DNA of 61,756 bases, counting the filler, from Circinaria calcarea (Eukaryota), in the NCBI GenBank assembly GCA_051942165.1. It is 4 parts of 4 records of this genome, joined end to end, with 100 filler letters (N's around TTAATTAATTAA, not from the genome) between each part and the next. Parts side by side here need not be neighbours in the genome. Positions count along the whole stretch, not along the records: positions 46,410 to 61,756 come from JAVECS010000369.1; 3 more parts are not named here. One strand, given 5' to 3'. Under the pieces are notes generated by a model. The model had not been told where the DNA came from, made no database searches, and saw nothing but the letters and a program-made list of their open reading frames with translations. The position numbers and the translations under genes were made by a program. Of the stretch, positions 50,388 to 60,859 are shown piece after piece; positions within the stretch are counted from its first letter, which is position 1; each line of letters begins with the position of its first letter.

Positions 50388-51929
50388 ATGACTAGAAATT
50401 ATGTGCACACTGCACGCGACTACATCAAATCTCATCCACTTAATCTAGAGCAATTGAATGCACGATTTCTAGCCAGACCTGACGATCGAGATGCTTTGCC
50501 TCCGTCCTCTCCTACTTCAACCGAAACCTTGAATAGTGAGGATGAACACCTACTCGATCTGGAGCTCGAGAGGCGGTCGTATCATGATCTTGCCAATGAT
50601 GGCGGTCGGCCGTGGTACGATATCAGTCTTCTTAAAGATGTTGTTCGGAGACCGGGAGAATACCACGCCATACTGTGGGTTTGGCAAACTTACGACGACG
50701 ATTGGAAGGTATTTGGAAAGCAACTGCAGAGATGGAAGGAGTTTCGCGCCCGCCAACCATCCACAAGGGGAGAAGACAAATTTACTGCATATATCAAGGC
50801 GCTGAAGAGCCGCCTGGCAAGACATGGGTTCACACAGAAATACCAGCTCGATAAAGATTCGGATCGGCAGGACAAACGGACAGCTTGGATTGAATATCTG
50901 AACTACGAGTACGAGGTATATGAACAGTACACAAAGTTTATCAAATGTCGTCAGCGACACTACAACAACGCCTGGAAGGTGCTTGTCGACTCAAAGCTAT
51001 TAAGGCCGTTTGAGACACAGGAGTTTTTAGATGATATATCATCTCCACTTCAGTATAAGAAGGAAGAAATGGAAGCGAAGGAGGCAATGGAATCAGCAAT
51101 ATCGGCTGCAGCCGCTGCTCAGCAGGCTATTTCTGACCCACGACTCTCTGACCTCTCCCAAAGCGAGCGGGAACCTCTAAAAATGCTGGCAGCAGCGGCG
51201 CAGTCTGAACTAGCCGCAGCGAGAAAAACGTTCGCCCTAGCGATAAGGCGAAAAAAGCTTATCTTAGAGTTTTGGGGACAATTGAAGAATTACCGGAGCG
51301 CTAAGGATGAAGTGAAGCGGTATAACACAATACTGCCGTGGATGCTCCAGCAAGTTCCCTTGATTGAAAGTGAGCTTGGTCTACACTCCTCCAAGGTGGT
51401 TGGGAACGACTCAAACTGCGGGGATGGTAGGAGTAAGGGGCTTAAACGTGGTCGAGTCGAAGAAACGAGAGACAAGCGCACCTGCCACCATGACATTGTC
51501 AACGATGGACTGCCTTCTAAGCGCTTGAGGTCTAACAATTCCACTCACAGGACGTCCTGCTCTGATGTGCTCGGAGGAAAACGAAGTGCGGAAACCAGCG
51601 AATTAATCAACTCTCAGCCCAAATATCTCCGTCGCAGTTCTCGGATTGAGACGAGACAGAAGCTGTTGAGACCAGTCATCCTAGCTTCATCCGATGCTGT
51701 TAAAAACGCTGCCGGCCTCGCACAGGTGCCAACGCCTCCTTCAGCAGAGTCGCAGGGGCGAAAGCCGAGGCGCCCGGAAATGAAGCGGTCAAAGAAAGGC
51801 CGCCTACACCGAAGTGATCGGCAGGACACGTCAAAGCCGCAAGGGATATCAAAGAAGGGCCGACCTAGTTCACGCTCGTCAAGAAAAACGGAGCAAAGAT
51901 CTTATAGAGCCCGGAAATTCAGCAAATAG
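50388..51929 (+). CDS. Hypothetical 513-aa helical protein with basic disordered tail, divergent from the FHA-kinase
   Basis: Intact single ORF with motifs YHDLANDGGRPWY, VFGKQLQRWKEFR, RLARHGF, QDKRTAWIEYLNYEY, AWKVLVDS and WMLQQVPLIESE, which I recall from a multicopy fungal family of unknown function. Confidence 0.8.
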   Translation: MTRNYVHTARDYIKSHPLNLEQLNARFLARPDDRDALPPSSPTSTETLNSEDEHLLDLELERRSYHDLANDGGRPWYDISLLKDVVRRPGEYHAILWVWQTYDDDWKVFGKQLQRWKEFRARQPSTRGEDKFTAYIKALKSRLARHGFTQKYQLDKDSDRQDKRTAWIEYLNYEYEVYEQYTKFIKCRQRHYNNAWKVLVDSKLLRPFETQEFLDDISSPLQYKKEEMEAKEAMESAISAAAAAQQAISDPRLSDLSQSEREPLKMLAAAAQSELAAARKTFALAIRRKKLILEFWGQLKNYRSAKDEVKRYNTILPWMLQQVPLIESELGLHSSKVVGNDSNCGDGRSKGLKRGRVEETRDKRTCHHDIVNDGLPSKRLRSNNSTHRTSCSDVLGGKRSAETSELINSQPKYLRRSSRIETRQKLLRPVILASSDAVKNAAGLAQVPTPPSAESQGRKPRRPEMKRSKKGRLHRSDRQDTSKPQGISKKGRPSSRSSRKTEQRSYRARKFSK

Positions 51930-51978
51930 CACTATCAAGTTGCCTCCGTGGCGCCTTCCGGCCCATGCATAGCAATTA

Positions 51979-52133
51979 CTATGGTCGCAGGGGAATCAGC
52001 TGTTACGGCCACGCTAAAGCCACTAAAGATTTGGGTCAACTTACTAATATTATTGGTAGAGAGCGAGGTTCTAGCTGTGTTGGGCATTAGTCTACTAGTG
52101 TGACGCTAACAGCTGATACCCCTGCGACCAAAG
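51979..52133. mobile_element. Small MITE (155 bp), ~37-bp TIRs, TA TSD
   Basis: TA|CTATGGTCGCAGGGGAATCAGCTGTTA... versus ...TAACAGCTGATACCCCTGCGACCAAAG|TA. Confidence 0.8.
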
Positions 52134-52315
52134 TAGTCCGAGGACAATGTTGGAAGTCATAGGGCTTACCGAGGCATGTGTTGCATAGGAGGTCCATGCT
52201 CAACACTCCCTACACACCATAAAAGCACTTTTCGTAGCATAGGTAGTCACTTAGTTACACACACACTCAGGTAGTAATACAACTACATATTACTATATAT
52301 TCAATAGGTTATAGA

Positions 52316-53060
52316 GATATAATATCTTCTACCAGTGCTGATGCAGTGCTCCGATATATCGCCAAATACTACGGCAAGGCTGAAACGAAGTCGGCGACGT
52401 ATAGCTCTATGCTGAAAAACGTGATGAGCCATGCTTCCGCCACTCATCCGCTTATATCGATTACCACCAAGCTTATGAATAGCCTCATTAGCGAACGGGA
52501 TTGGTCAGCCCAAGAGATATGCCATTTGGCGCTTAGCTTGCCCCTGCAAGATGGCTCTCGAACGGTTTTAGCATTCGATGCTCGGCTGCCAAATAAGCAA
52601 GACGTTGGCTTCGAGGTTGAGAATGAAGAGGTTGTTGCCCGGAAATCACTCATAGAATACTATATGGGCCGGAATATACAGGAATGGCCACGGCTAACTC
52701 TATGGGATATACTGCGGCACTTTGACTTCGCCAAAATGAAACGCCGGCCACGAGCTGCGCCTCGAATCATCAATATTTTCCCGCTATACGATTCAAACTC
52801 TACCGGTGAGCAATACGAAGACTACTGCCGGGTTAAGCTTATGCTTCACCATCCTTTTACGAAGATTGAAGACCTACGTGAAGAATTCCGAGGTCCCGAT
52901 GACCGTGTTATACCTGTTGGTAGCTATCGGGAAGCTTATACCTTATGTAAAAACCGTTGCGTTATACACGGCCCTGACCCGCTGGACCCTATAGCCGAAG
53001 ATAACCCTAAGGAGGATAAATTCGAGGACCAATCGGAGGTAGGAGAGTGTCAAGCTACTG
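52316..53060 (+). mobile_element. Helitron Rep/helicase internal fragment
   Basis: TSADAVLRYIAKYYGKAE (HUH Rep YxxKY motif), KLMNSLISERDWSAQEICHLALSLPL and YEDYCRVKLMLHHPF. No upstream HUH motif and no helicase domain present. Confidence 0.8.
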
Positions 53061-53320
53061 AGTCACTACGGCATCGATCAATAAGTGAAAAGAATGACTT
53101 CTGGTATTACTGTGTACGAGTATGCTGCTGCTATACTATGTAGCAGAAGAATCTGTCTATGTGTGCGGACGGGCGGAACAATGTGCTCCCGAGGATCTAA
53201 CCTAAAAGGTTTGACAGAGAGCCTCGTATGGAACGTCAGGCATAGAAGGAGTTCGCCGGCAGAAAGGCGCCGAATAACGGTACGAGAATAGAAAATCCGG
53301 ACGGTCTAGGGGGGCGTGAT

Positions 53321-53390
53321 CAGTGTTCTCAATACCCCACCCCACTTACCCCGGGGTGGGGTGGGGTGGGGTGGGGTATTGAGAACACTG
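53321..53390. repeat. 70-bp hairpin with perfect 25-bp arms; hAT-like termini
   Basis: CAGTGTTCTCAATACCCCACCCCAC ... GTGGGGTGGGGTATTGAGAACACTG; contains five G4 tracts (GGGGT repeats). Confidence 0.85.
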
Positions 53391-53400
53391 AACACTTGAG

Positions 53401-54420
53401 ATTACCGTAGACAAAGCGCTATTATCCATCCGGGATTAAATCTTTAATCACCAGTCTAACGCGGTCCGATATTACCTAAATCGAGAGGTTCGATTTAATA
53501 CGCAAGCTGCCTTCTTAAGCCGTCCTTTTAACGACGTCGTATAAAAACTAGCCAGGCTTATAACGCTAACTATAAATTTTAACGCCCCGAATAAATTATC
53601 CGAGGAGCTATCGAAAAAATTAACCAATAATAAATAAATAATTCGGCTCGCTCGCAGGAGCAAAGCTCTCGCCGAGAAATTAAAGAAAAAATATAAACTC
53701 GTTCGATTAGCACCTCCGAATAATCCTTATCTTAAGGCAAAAAAACAGGCGGATACAGCATTACACCGTATAAAAATTAACAGTTAAAACCGGATACTTA
53801 AAAAGACCCGGAAGAAATATTTTCGAAATACTAACACGGCTACCTTAAAAGCTTAGTTTACCGATTCGTCTATCACACCGTCTAATAAAGACATCAAACC
53901 TCCAGTACCCCTCGAATACGATATTCCTGAGCGAGATATTATAATCCGATTAACCTGCGAGCCGATTATTAATTTTACCGATCACAAAAAACATTCTCAG
54001 AGAATCGAGGCCCTTCGAGCCCGGGTAATATTATACGGCCGATAAAAGAATCGATAGCGTGGCCGGCCACGGTCGATTTAATAACCGAGAATATTAATAA
54101 ACGCCCAGAAAAGGTCTCTGGAGGATACGGAAGAGGATAAGAAAGACCGCTTTCCGCTGGTATACAAGCCCACTCAATGCATATTTTGCCTTAATAATGA
54201 ACGCAAATCTTACCAAGCCGGGACGTTTGAATATGCTCGACCCAACAAAATAATGGATAAAATTAAAAGATACTTGAAAAGATTTGCATCTAATGAACCA
54301 GTCCTATGTTCGCATCCTCAATACAGGGCCGCGACCCTGATCCTGCCGAATGTGATGGTATTCAAGGCTCATACCGCAAGGGTGCACCAGATATTCCTTC
54401 GAGACCCAGCTAGGTGTTGA
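53401..54420 (+). pseudogene. DUF3435 tyrosine recombinase (Starship captain-like), C-terminal half, RIP-inactivated
   Basis: One frame without frameshifts but nine premature TAA/TAG stops: VDKALLSIRD*IFNH..AVRYYLNREVRFNTQAAFLSRP..LTINFNAP..YDIPER..FPLVYKPTQCIFCL..FEYARP..CSHPQY..FKAHTARVHQIFLR. Absent from the ORF track. Confidence 0.8.
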
Positions 54421-55095
54421 ACCAGGTCAACGGTGATTGCGTCTTGGACGTAGTTGGAAGGTTGGACGGCGACGACGAGGACAGGCTTACAGACCATTTG
54501 AGGAGAATCATGATTGAGTAGTTCTAGAATGCCTGTATCACATCTGGGAACAACACAAGCCTGCCTGTCTTCAGTTCTGCATCGCACTTTGACCGTGGCC
54601 TTAGATATAGCATACCTTGTTGACCATTGAAGCTATCATATATTAGCCATCGAAACCGCGGCTCTTCGTGAATTTTTCCTTCTTGCCGATCTGCCTTGTA
54701 TCCATGGCGCCTTGCCATCCCTTTGAACCGTCCGAAATGAGACGTATGATTTTCTACTTGAGACGCTGAACTACTTCGATGACTTGTTCGCCATGCCTCT
54801 GGATCTCTTTCTCTTGGAAGCCATCCATCTCTGTGATGCTTTGAATTATACCTAGACGTATTGTGTTAGCACGATCGCGGCTGATCTTTATGAGTGGGAA
54901 GGATCTTTTACTACATATAGATTCCCTCTACCAGACCCGATTCTCACGCCATCTAGGTGACGGAGGAAAAGATAATCAAAGAAAGCTTAGTCCTCCAAGT
55001 TTCTCAACGTCCAGTTTGGTCGGGATAATGCCCCGGTAGATACATTAAACTCCATCAACCTTTAGAGAAGCATCGGCGAGTGTCCGCCAGCCACT

Positions 55096-56514
55096 CTAAT
55101 AATCACAATTCCCGCAATACCCGCACTCCTTATCACAAGCCGTGAGGTCTTTCATGGGTTCATGATCATAATCAAAGTCATGATCATCATAGTCAAGGTC
55201 GTGGTCGTCATATTCACCCCGACCCATCCATGGCATGAACTCCTTACCGACCTATTACAACCAATCAGCGATAATACTGCACATCGACAGTTCCGGCGTC
55301 ACTAGTACCTTCTCGCTTTGGGTATCATGGGCCTCCTCGGCATGTCGATTGCTTTGATCTTGTTGGAGGCAGTCATTCCTGCGCTGACAGCGATCGAGGA
55401 GTTCACCAGGGCCAGACGCAAACACACGCGCAATGCTGCCTCTATGCGCGGACATCCAATCCAACGTACAGCCAGACTCAAGTACCCTATTGATAATTTC
55501 ATGGAGCCTGACTTGCCCCGCCAGTTGCTGCTTATTGCGCGATTCGACCTGGCGCATTGCGGGGATTACTAAACTTTCAACCTCTGCAAGATCGACTTGG
55601 ACAGCGGGGGACGTATTTATAAGACACTCGCAGAAAAAGAGGATGATATTCGAGCTGGTTAATTCAGCCTTCCAAAGACTTTCGAACTCAAGGCCAAGGT
55701 CCAGTTCCGCGTTGGCCCAATCAAGAGATAGCAGGGTTAGGAGGCAGCTCGCACCAAGGCTTGTCCCGACTGTGGGGAGTAAGAATCGAAGGACTCTCTT
55801 CAGAGTCGCGATGTCTGGCTGATTCGCAGGTGCTTCGTCCGTTTCCTAATCCAGGTCAGAAAGATTTCTTAGGGTCTGTTATATTACGTACCTCGAGAGC
55901 TTGCGAGAGTGGGATGCGCAACTTTGGAAATGAAGTTTTGCCTTGTATGTCAGAAGATAGAAGTTCCTGCTCCTCTTGTCCCGCCGATTCCTCTACTTTG
56001 TTACTTGACCCCGCTTCAGGGCCCTTTCGTCGAAATGCTAGGTCAATATTTCTTGACGGTCGCGCAAGGTTGACCCGCCATTGATGCGCACTGGTGGGGT
56101 TCTTTTGATAGAGGTTGATTTCAAAAAATTTGTTGTGCTTTTCGCACCTGAAGTTCTTGTACCTGCAGGGTTTAATAGTTAGCACGGGGATCTGTAACTC
56201 GTGGCACTGTTCATGATCAAATACGAGTTCAGTTTGTCGAAATTCGATTTGAGGAGGTCGTCCTCGGTGGCCTCAGCAAAATCAGAGCCGTTGCTCGCTG
56301 GAACAAAGTATCTAATCGACTCCTGCGGTCCATAATTAATCTGTCTCACAAGTTGAATCGCGTATGGTGCGCTGCCGACGAGTGAGCCGTCAACCGGAAC
56401 CAGAGAGGTCGTTTGGAGGCCAGCCCAACGCATAAAGGTCCTAAACTTAGCCTCGTGGTCAAGCTGCCTTGGGCGGAACGGACTTATAGACGAGCAGCAA
56501 AAGACAGCAGACAT
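55096..56514 (-). CDS. Intact 4-exon hypothetical protein (~417 aa) with C-terminal CxxxCGYCGxC motif
   Basis: Exons 56514-56225, 56162-55892, 55845-55309 and 55251-55096 with GT-AG introns give an uninterrupted frame: QLVRQINYGPQESIRYFVP..NFDKLNS|YKNFRCEKHNKFFEINLYQKNP..WRVNLARP ... ACDKECGYCGNCDY*. Confidence 0.8.
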
Positions 56515-57208
56515 GGTGCTGAATCGCTGAAGCTTCTTGAGGGCGGCGCAAGTAAACTACTTTCCTGACTCCTCTTCAGAGTAGTGAACCTTTTAGACGA
56601 TGTTCTTGTCGAGTTGAGTGACGTCATCTCGACATTTCCGATGCGGGGTTAAAAAGCCCACCATTGATTATCGGCAAGGATATCGAGAAAGTTTCACACT
56701 TGACCAATCAATGAGACAAAAATGGAAAGCATTTGGACAGAACCCTACGTAGTGTAGCCAATTAGCCCGGGTTTTCCAGCACTAATCAAGGACTTAGCAC
56801 GTGATCTCTTTACATGTGACACGGGGTACACTCGGCGAGGCTCAGCCAAGTGTGGCTGTTAATGTTCATGTTACACTTACCCCGCACATCAAGACTATTG
56901 GGTAGATATACCATGTTTTCTTGCCCCCAGGCTCCTGCCTTGTCCATTCTGGCAATTGCACATGCCAAACTTTCTTTACCGCCGCCATCGACGGATATCC
57001 CTTCGAATAACATAGTGGAATTCGCATCGAGTGTAGAGCTTCTCCAAGGACAAGTTCACGCGCAGCCTTTGTGCGAGGCGGAATGAGATGTTCTCGGCTA
57101 GGCGCACGCTTGTTGCATAGATATCACGCGGTTCGAGTAACAACTCCCTAGGATGGGATAACGACCAGCCTAAGCCCTCGCATCCATCCATTCATCAATC
57201 TATCTGTA

Positions 57209-58514
57209 TTAAACGTCCATAGGTGTCTTCGACTCCGCAGCTAAACGTAGAGTTTCATATGTAGCGTCGTCGTAGGAAAACTCACCACTGGAACGTTCAT
57301 CTACCAAGATTCCGTCACGCGGAGGCATTTTCGAAGCAGGAAGATCTGGTGTACTCTTTTCTGTGGACCACATAGTGCCCCGTTCGACGCCAATATCCTT
57401 CCATAGTATCCTGCGCCCGAACTCTTTCACATCCGGTCGTATCTCAGGGCGTTCTTCCGTGGTCTCATAGCTTCGGAGGATCTTTTGGACAGACTCTTCG
57501 AGCCAAGACCCTACCAGCGATTTATTATTATTGTCTTCTTTGATCATAGCTGCTTCAGCTTGTTCCTCCATTCTATCGAGCTCTGCACGTTGTTTTGAAA
57601 TATCTTGAAGGTCTCCAGCGAGCCTTCTTCTAAAGAGGTCCTTCCAGATCTCTAGTTTATTGCTTTGAACTTCCATTTCTTGTTGCAGTTCTATCAGCTG
57701 CATTGCTCGGTGTTAGTCGCGAAGAACACTCGCAACCTTTGCTGCGGATCTAACTATTTGTGCAATCCTGGGAGCGCTGATTTATAAACGATAGACTGCT
57801 GAATGACGAAGCATGCTCACTGGTAAGAACATATTTTTCAGTGGTAAACCGCTGTCATTATCGAACGCATGTTGCGGGAGTGAACCGGAGTATTTTAACA
57901 TTACACGTATCCATCTGTTCAGCTCCACCGCTTCGGGACAGTCCCAACCGTGTTCCTTCAGTACGTCGGGCAACCATTTGATAGCAAAGTCGAAACAGCA
58001 GTTCTCAAGTAGGCGCTGAGCCGATGTAAGAACAAGGTGTTGAGCTCGGTACGGGATATATGTAGGAGACGACCGTCGTGGGTCAGACGCCTGTTCCTTT
58101 GGCTGTGGTAACCATACTAGTCACTGATTAACAAGGAGACAAGTACAAAAGGATGTGCGTACATGCCATTTGGTGATATCTCGTCTTGACATGGCTTTAC
58201 CGACTCAACGCTCGTCTCATCCCCAGCTGCCATAGTGCCTTTCAACATTTCGGCGTTGTGCTCTGTTCCATCTACCTCCGATAGCACATTTTGCACTCCT
58301 TGTGTCGTAGGTTCCTGGAAGAGCTCGGGAAAGGCCTGGTTCGCATTGACATTTGGCTGAAAGACACCGCGTTGTAGGAGTGCCGGCAAAGCATTAAGGA
58401 TTCTTTCGTCCCCAAACTCCTGGTGAAGACTCTTACAATATCCTTCCTGAGACCTGATAAAGGCACGAAGCTTTTTCTTTTTCCGTACCCAAGCATTTCG
58501 TCCCTGGAGAACAT
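57209..58514 (-). pseudogene. Pseudogene of a fungal accessory-region family (QHL.L...Q.LLE..CF.F / GWDCPEAVEL / LRH.AV motifs plus coiled coil)
   Basis: YIPYRAQHLVLTSAQRLLENCCFDFAIKWLPDVLKEHGWDCPEAVELNRW...LRHSAVYRL* is in the same frame as ORF 57209..57703 but broken by TAA at 57782-57784 and 57713-57715. Confidence 0.65.
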
Positions 58515-59040
58515 TCTTATATGCCTGGAAGGCTCGCCGCTGGTCTTGAATTGATGAAATTTGATTGGCTGGTATTCATGTATGATGATACTGTTCGTTG
58601 ATATCAAGTGCACGGGCAAATGATGAGGTTCAGGTCTGAAGGTATTTCCAATTTTGGCTGGACATCTTCTATACCAATCACGAAGTCGGTAGTCCTCGAA
58701 CAACGCCTCAATTCTCGCCCTCACAGCTTCAAAACACGATCGACGGTTTAAGTTATGGATCGCAACACTCAAAAGGCAATGCCGCCACAATTTCAAGTGG
58801 TAAAGGCTTTCCCCCAACGTGGCTATTTGTGCCTTCATCGACTTGTTAAGCCCGCTGCCTCTACATGCAATCGCTGTAGTCTGGAATAGCAAAGAGGTGT
58901 TGTAATTTCATTATGTATACTTAGCTAAGTCCAACGATAAGTGGTTGACGGATGAGATTCTGGGAAGAAACTCAAACGCTTTAAAATTGATCGGCATTCC
59001 GGGCATCCAAAATCAACTTGGAAGCAATAAACTGAGGTGC

Positions 59041-59195
59041 GCTGCATCCAAGGTCTTCTCCCGGTGGCCGTTAAGTCCATGGACAGCGACGATACTACAG
59101 ACAGTACAATAAGTGTCTAAAGCAACTATAAGCAAAATGTACTTACTCAAGAACTGGATCGACGCCTTCCGCAAGGACCTTGAGCCCATACGGTA
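59041..59195 (-). pseudogene. Truncated alpha/beta-hydrolase (SesB/SERAC1-like, typical NLR N-terminus) fragment
   Basis: YGLKVLAEGVDPVLD|IVAVHGLNGHREKT with intact intron 59146-59095 (GTAAGT...TGTAG); similarity stops immediately afterwards. Confidence 0.7.
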
Positions 59196-59784
59196 GGTTT
59201 TCATACGTTGGCTTCGTAGGAACTGCTGCTAAAGTCAAGGGTAAAGTCTATTGAAGTAATCAGGCTGGGTCTAAGAGGACCTTTGCGATGTTCATCAACT
59301 TACTTTCTTATCCTTCCGCTTGAAAAGGGTCGACCATGGGCCAGAAGGCATTGTATTGCCTTGTCCCTTTGGAGGCAATTGAGACTTGATTGATTGATTG
59401 ATTGATTAATACTATTAAGGCCATGCAAGCCTTTCGGCCTAAGAGCGTACCATAACGCTATACTACTTTTCGCTAGCGTAAACTCCAATATCTTAATCCC
59501 TGGCCCCCAAATTTTGACGCCTTCATTATACACCTTCTCAAATCACTTCCTGCGCACTTAAGAAAAGCACGAATCAGAATAGACAGGGAGTCAGAGTAGG
59601 ACAAAAGCTAGAATAGGGGGAAGCTACAAATATCTGTGGTTTTCACCACCAACCGTTCTATCAATCGTTGTCTGCAACAATTATGGTTCACGCCACCAGC
59701 TATAGTTCCACACCACGAACCGTTGTTTACACCAACCATAGTCCAAAGTATAGCAGTCTTGCCACTGTGGGATTTAAAGGATCT

Positions 59785-60009
59785 TTATGCTGCTAAGGAT
59801 GTTTTTAATGATCCTGTTTCAGTTGTCAAATCACGTACTATAGAATTTTCCATGTCGGCATCTGCTTTTCCTCCACAATTATTGCAATTAGTCTGCGTTT
59901 TCGAACAAACAACCTGACAGTGCAAGCACTTAACAGTGTCTGAAGGAGGTGTGATAGCAGAGGCCGGCTTCTTCGGCTTTTGGGGTATCTGGGGAGTCTG
60001 CTGATTCAT
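59785..60009 (-). CDS. Possible small zinc-ribbon protein (74 aa)
   Basis: ATG-initiated ORF containing VKCLHCQVVCSKTQTNCNNCGG (CxxC...CxxC). Confidence 0.35.
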   Translation of the reverse strand: MNQQTPQIPQKPKKPASAITPPSDTVKCLHCQVVCSKTQTNCNNCGGKADADMENSIVRDLTTETGSLKTSLAA

Positions 60010-60859
60010 AATCGAAGAGCTAAGGGCTGCGGATGTCCTTGGAGTTAATTCTTAGGTTAGGAAGTTGCAATTGTGATGCCAGTAAGAGTTGATTGGGTGT
60101 ACGGATTATTCTCGCTAGTGCACTTGTAGCTCGTCAAGGCGGACGCATGTTTTATATCTCAGTCTATGGGCGGGTGAGTCATCTTCCTACGTATTGTTGG
60201 TTATTCTTCTACCGGTGCATAAGTCATAGTCATCCATCACTAGAGCATTCATGGCTACCAATAATTGTTCTAAGTGGTTCAATTTCTATGCTCTTATTGA
60301 CCCATCTCGTGGTGTGCCGCCACCTCTCTGGCAACCTGCATGAAGGTGTGCACGTGTCGTGATTTGAACCTGTGCGTTGACCAGGGTCTGGCAGATGTCC
60401 TAGGCCTTATCTTTGCCTTCTGCTACCTCAACGGTATGCACCCACCATCAGACCCTAAGCATTATATGAGGATGTGGTGGATAGGCACTGGGTTACATCG
60501 CCTGGACTAATAGATGGAATCTGGCGGGCTTTATTCCCGTCGCGATCAAAAGCATCAACATTTATATTCGATAAAACCTCGAAACCCCCATGACCCATGC
60601 CGCCCCTGTCTCGTTACCTCATGGGCTTGCACTGGACGGCTTATCAATGTACGAGAAAACTTTATGATATTTTCGATCTAATGTACTTCGACAGCGGCCT
60701 ATGAGCGTAGCGTGGCTTGCTTTTGGAGATGCGAGCCTTCCGTACACCCTGCAGTTGCACCATCCCAGATAGATCAGAAAACTGATGTTTTAGTCTCTTA
60801 TTCTTTCTGACTTCCTTGACACTGCCAGGTATTGCTTGAGGGGTCATTCCGTCAAATTA

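Noticed and set aside
54430..54900. Small minus-strand gene between the captain and the 417-aa gene
   Set aside because: The frame has an internal TAG and no recognisable motif; insufficient support.
59387..59410. (GATT)n tetranucleotide run
   Set aside because: Short ordinary microsatellite.
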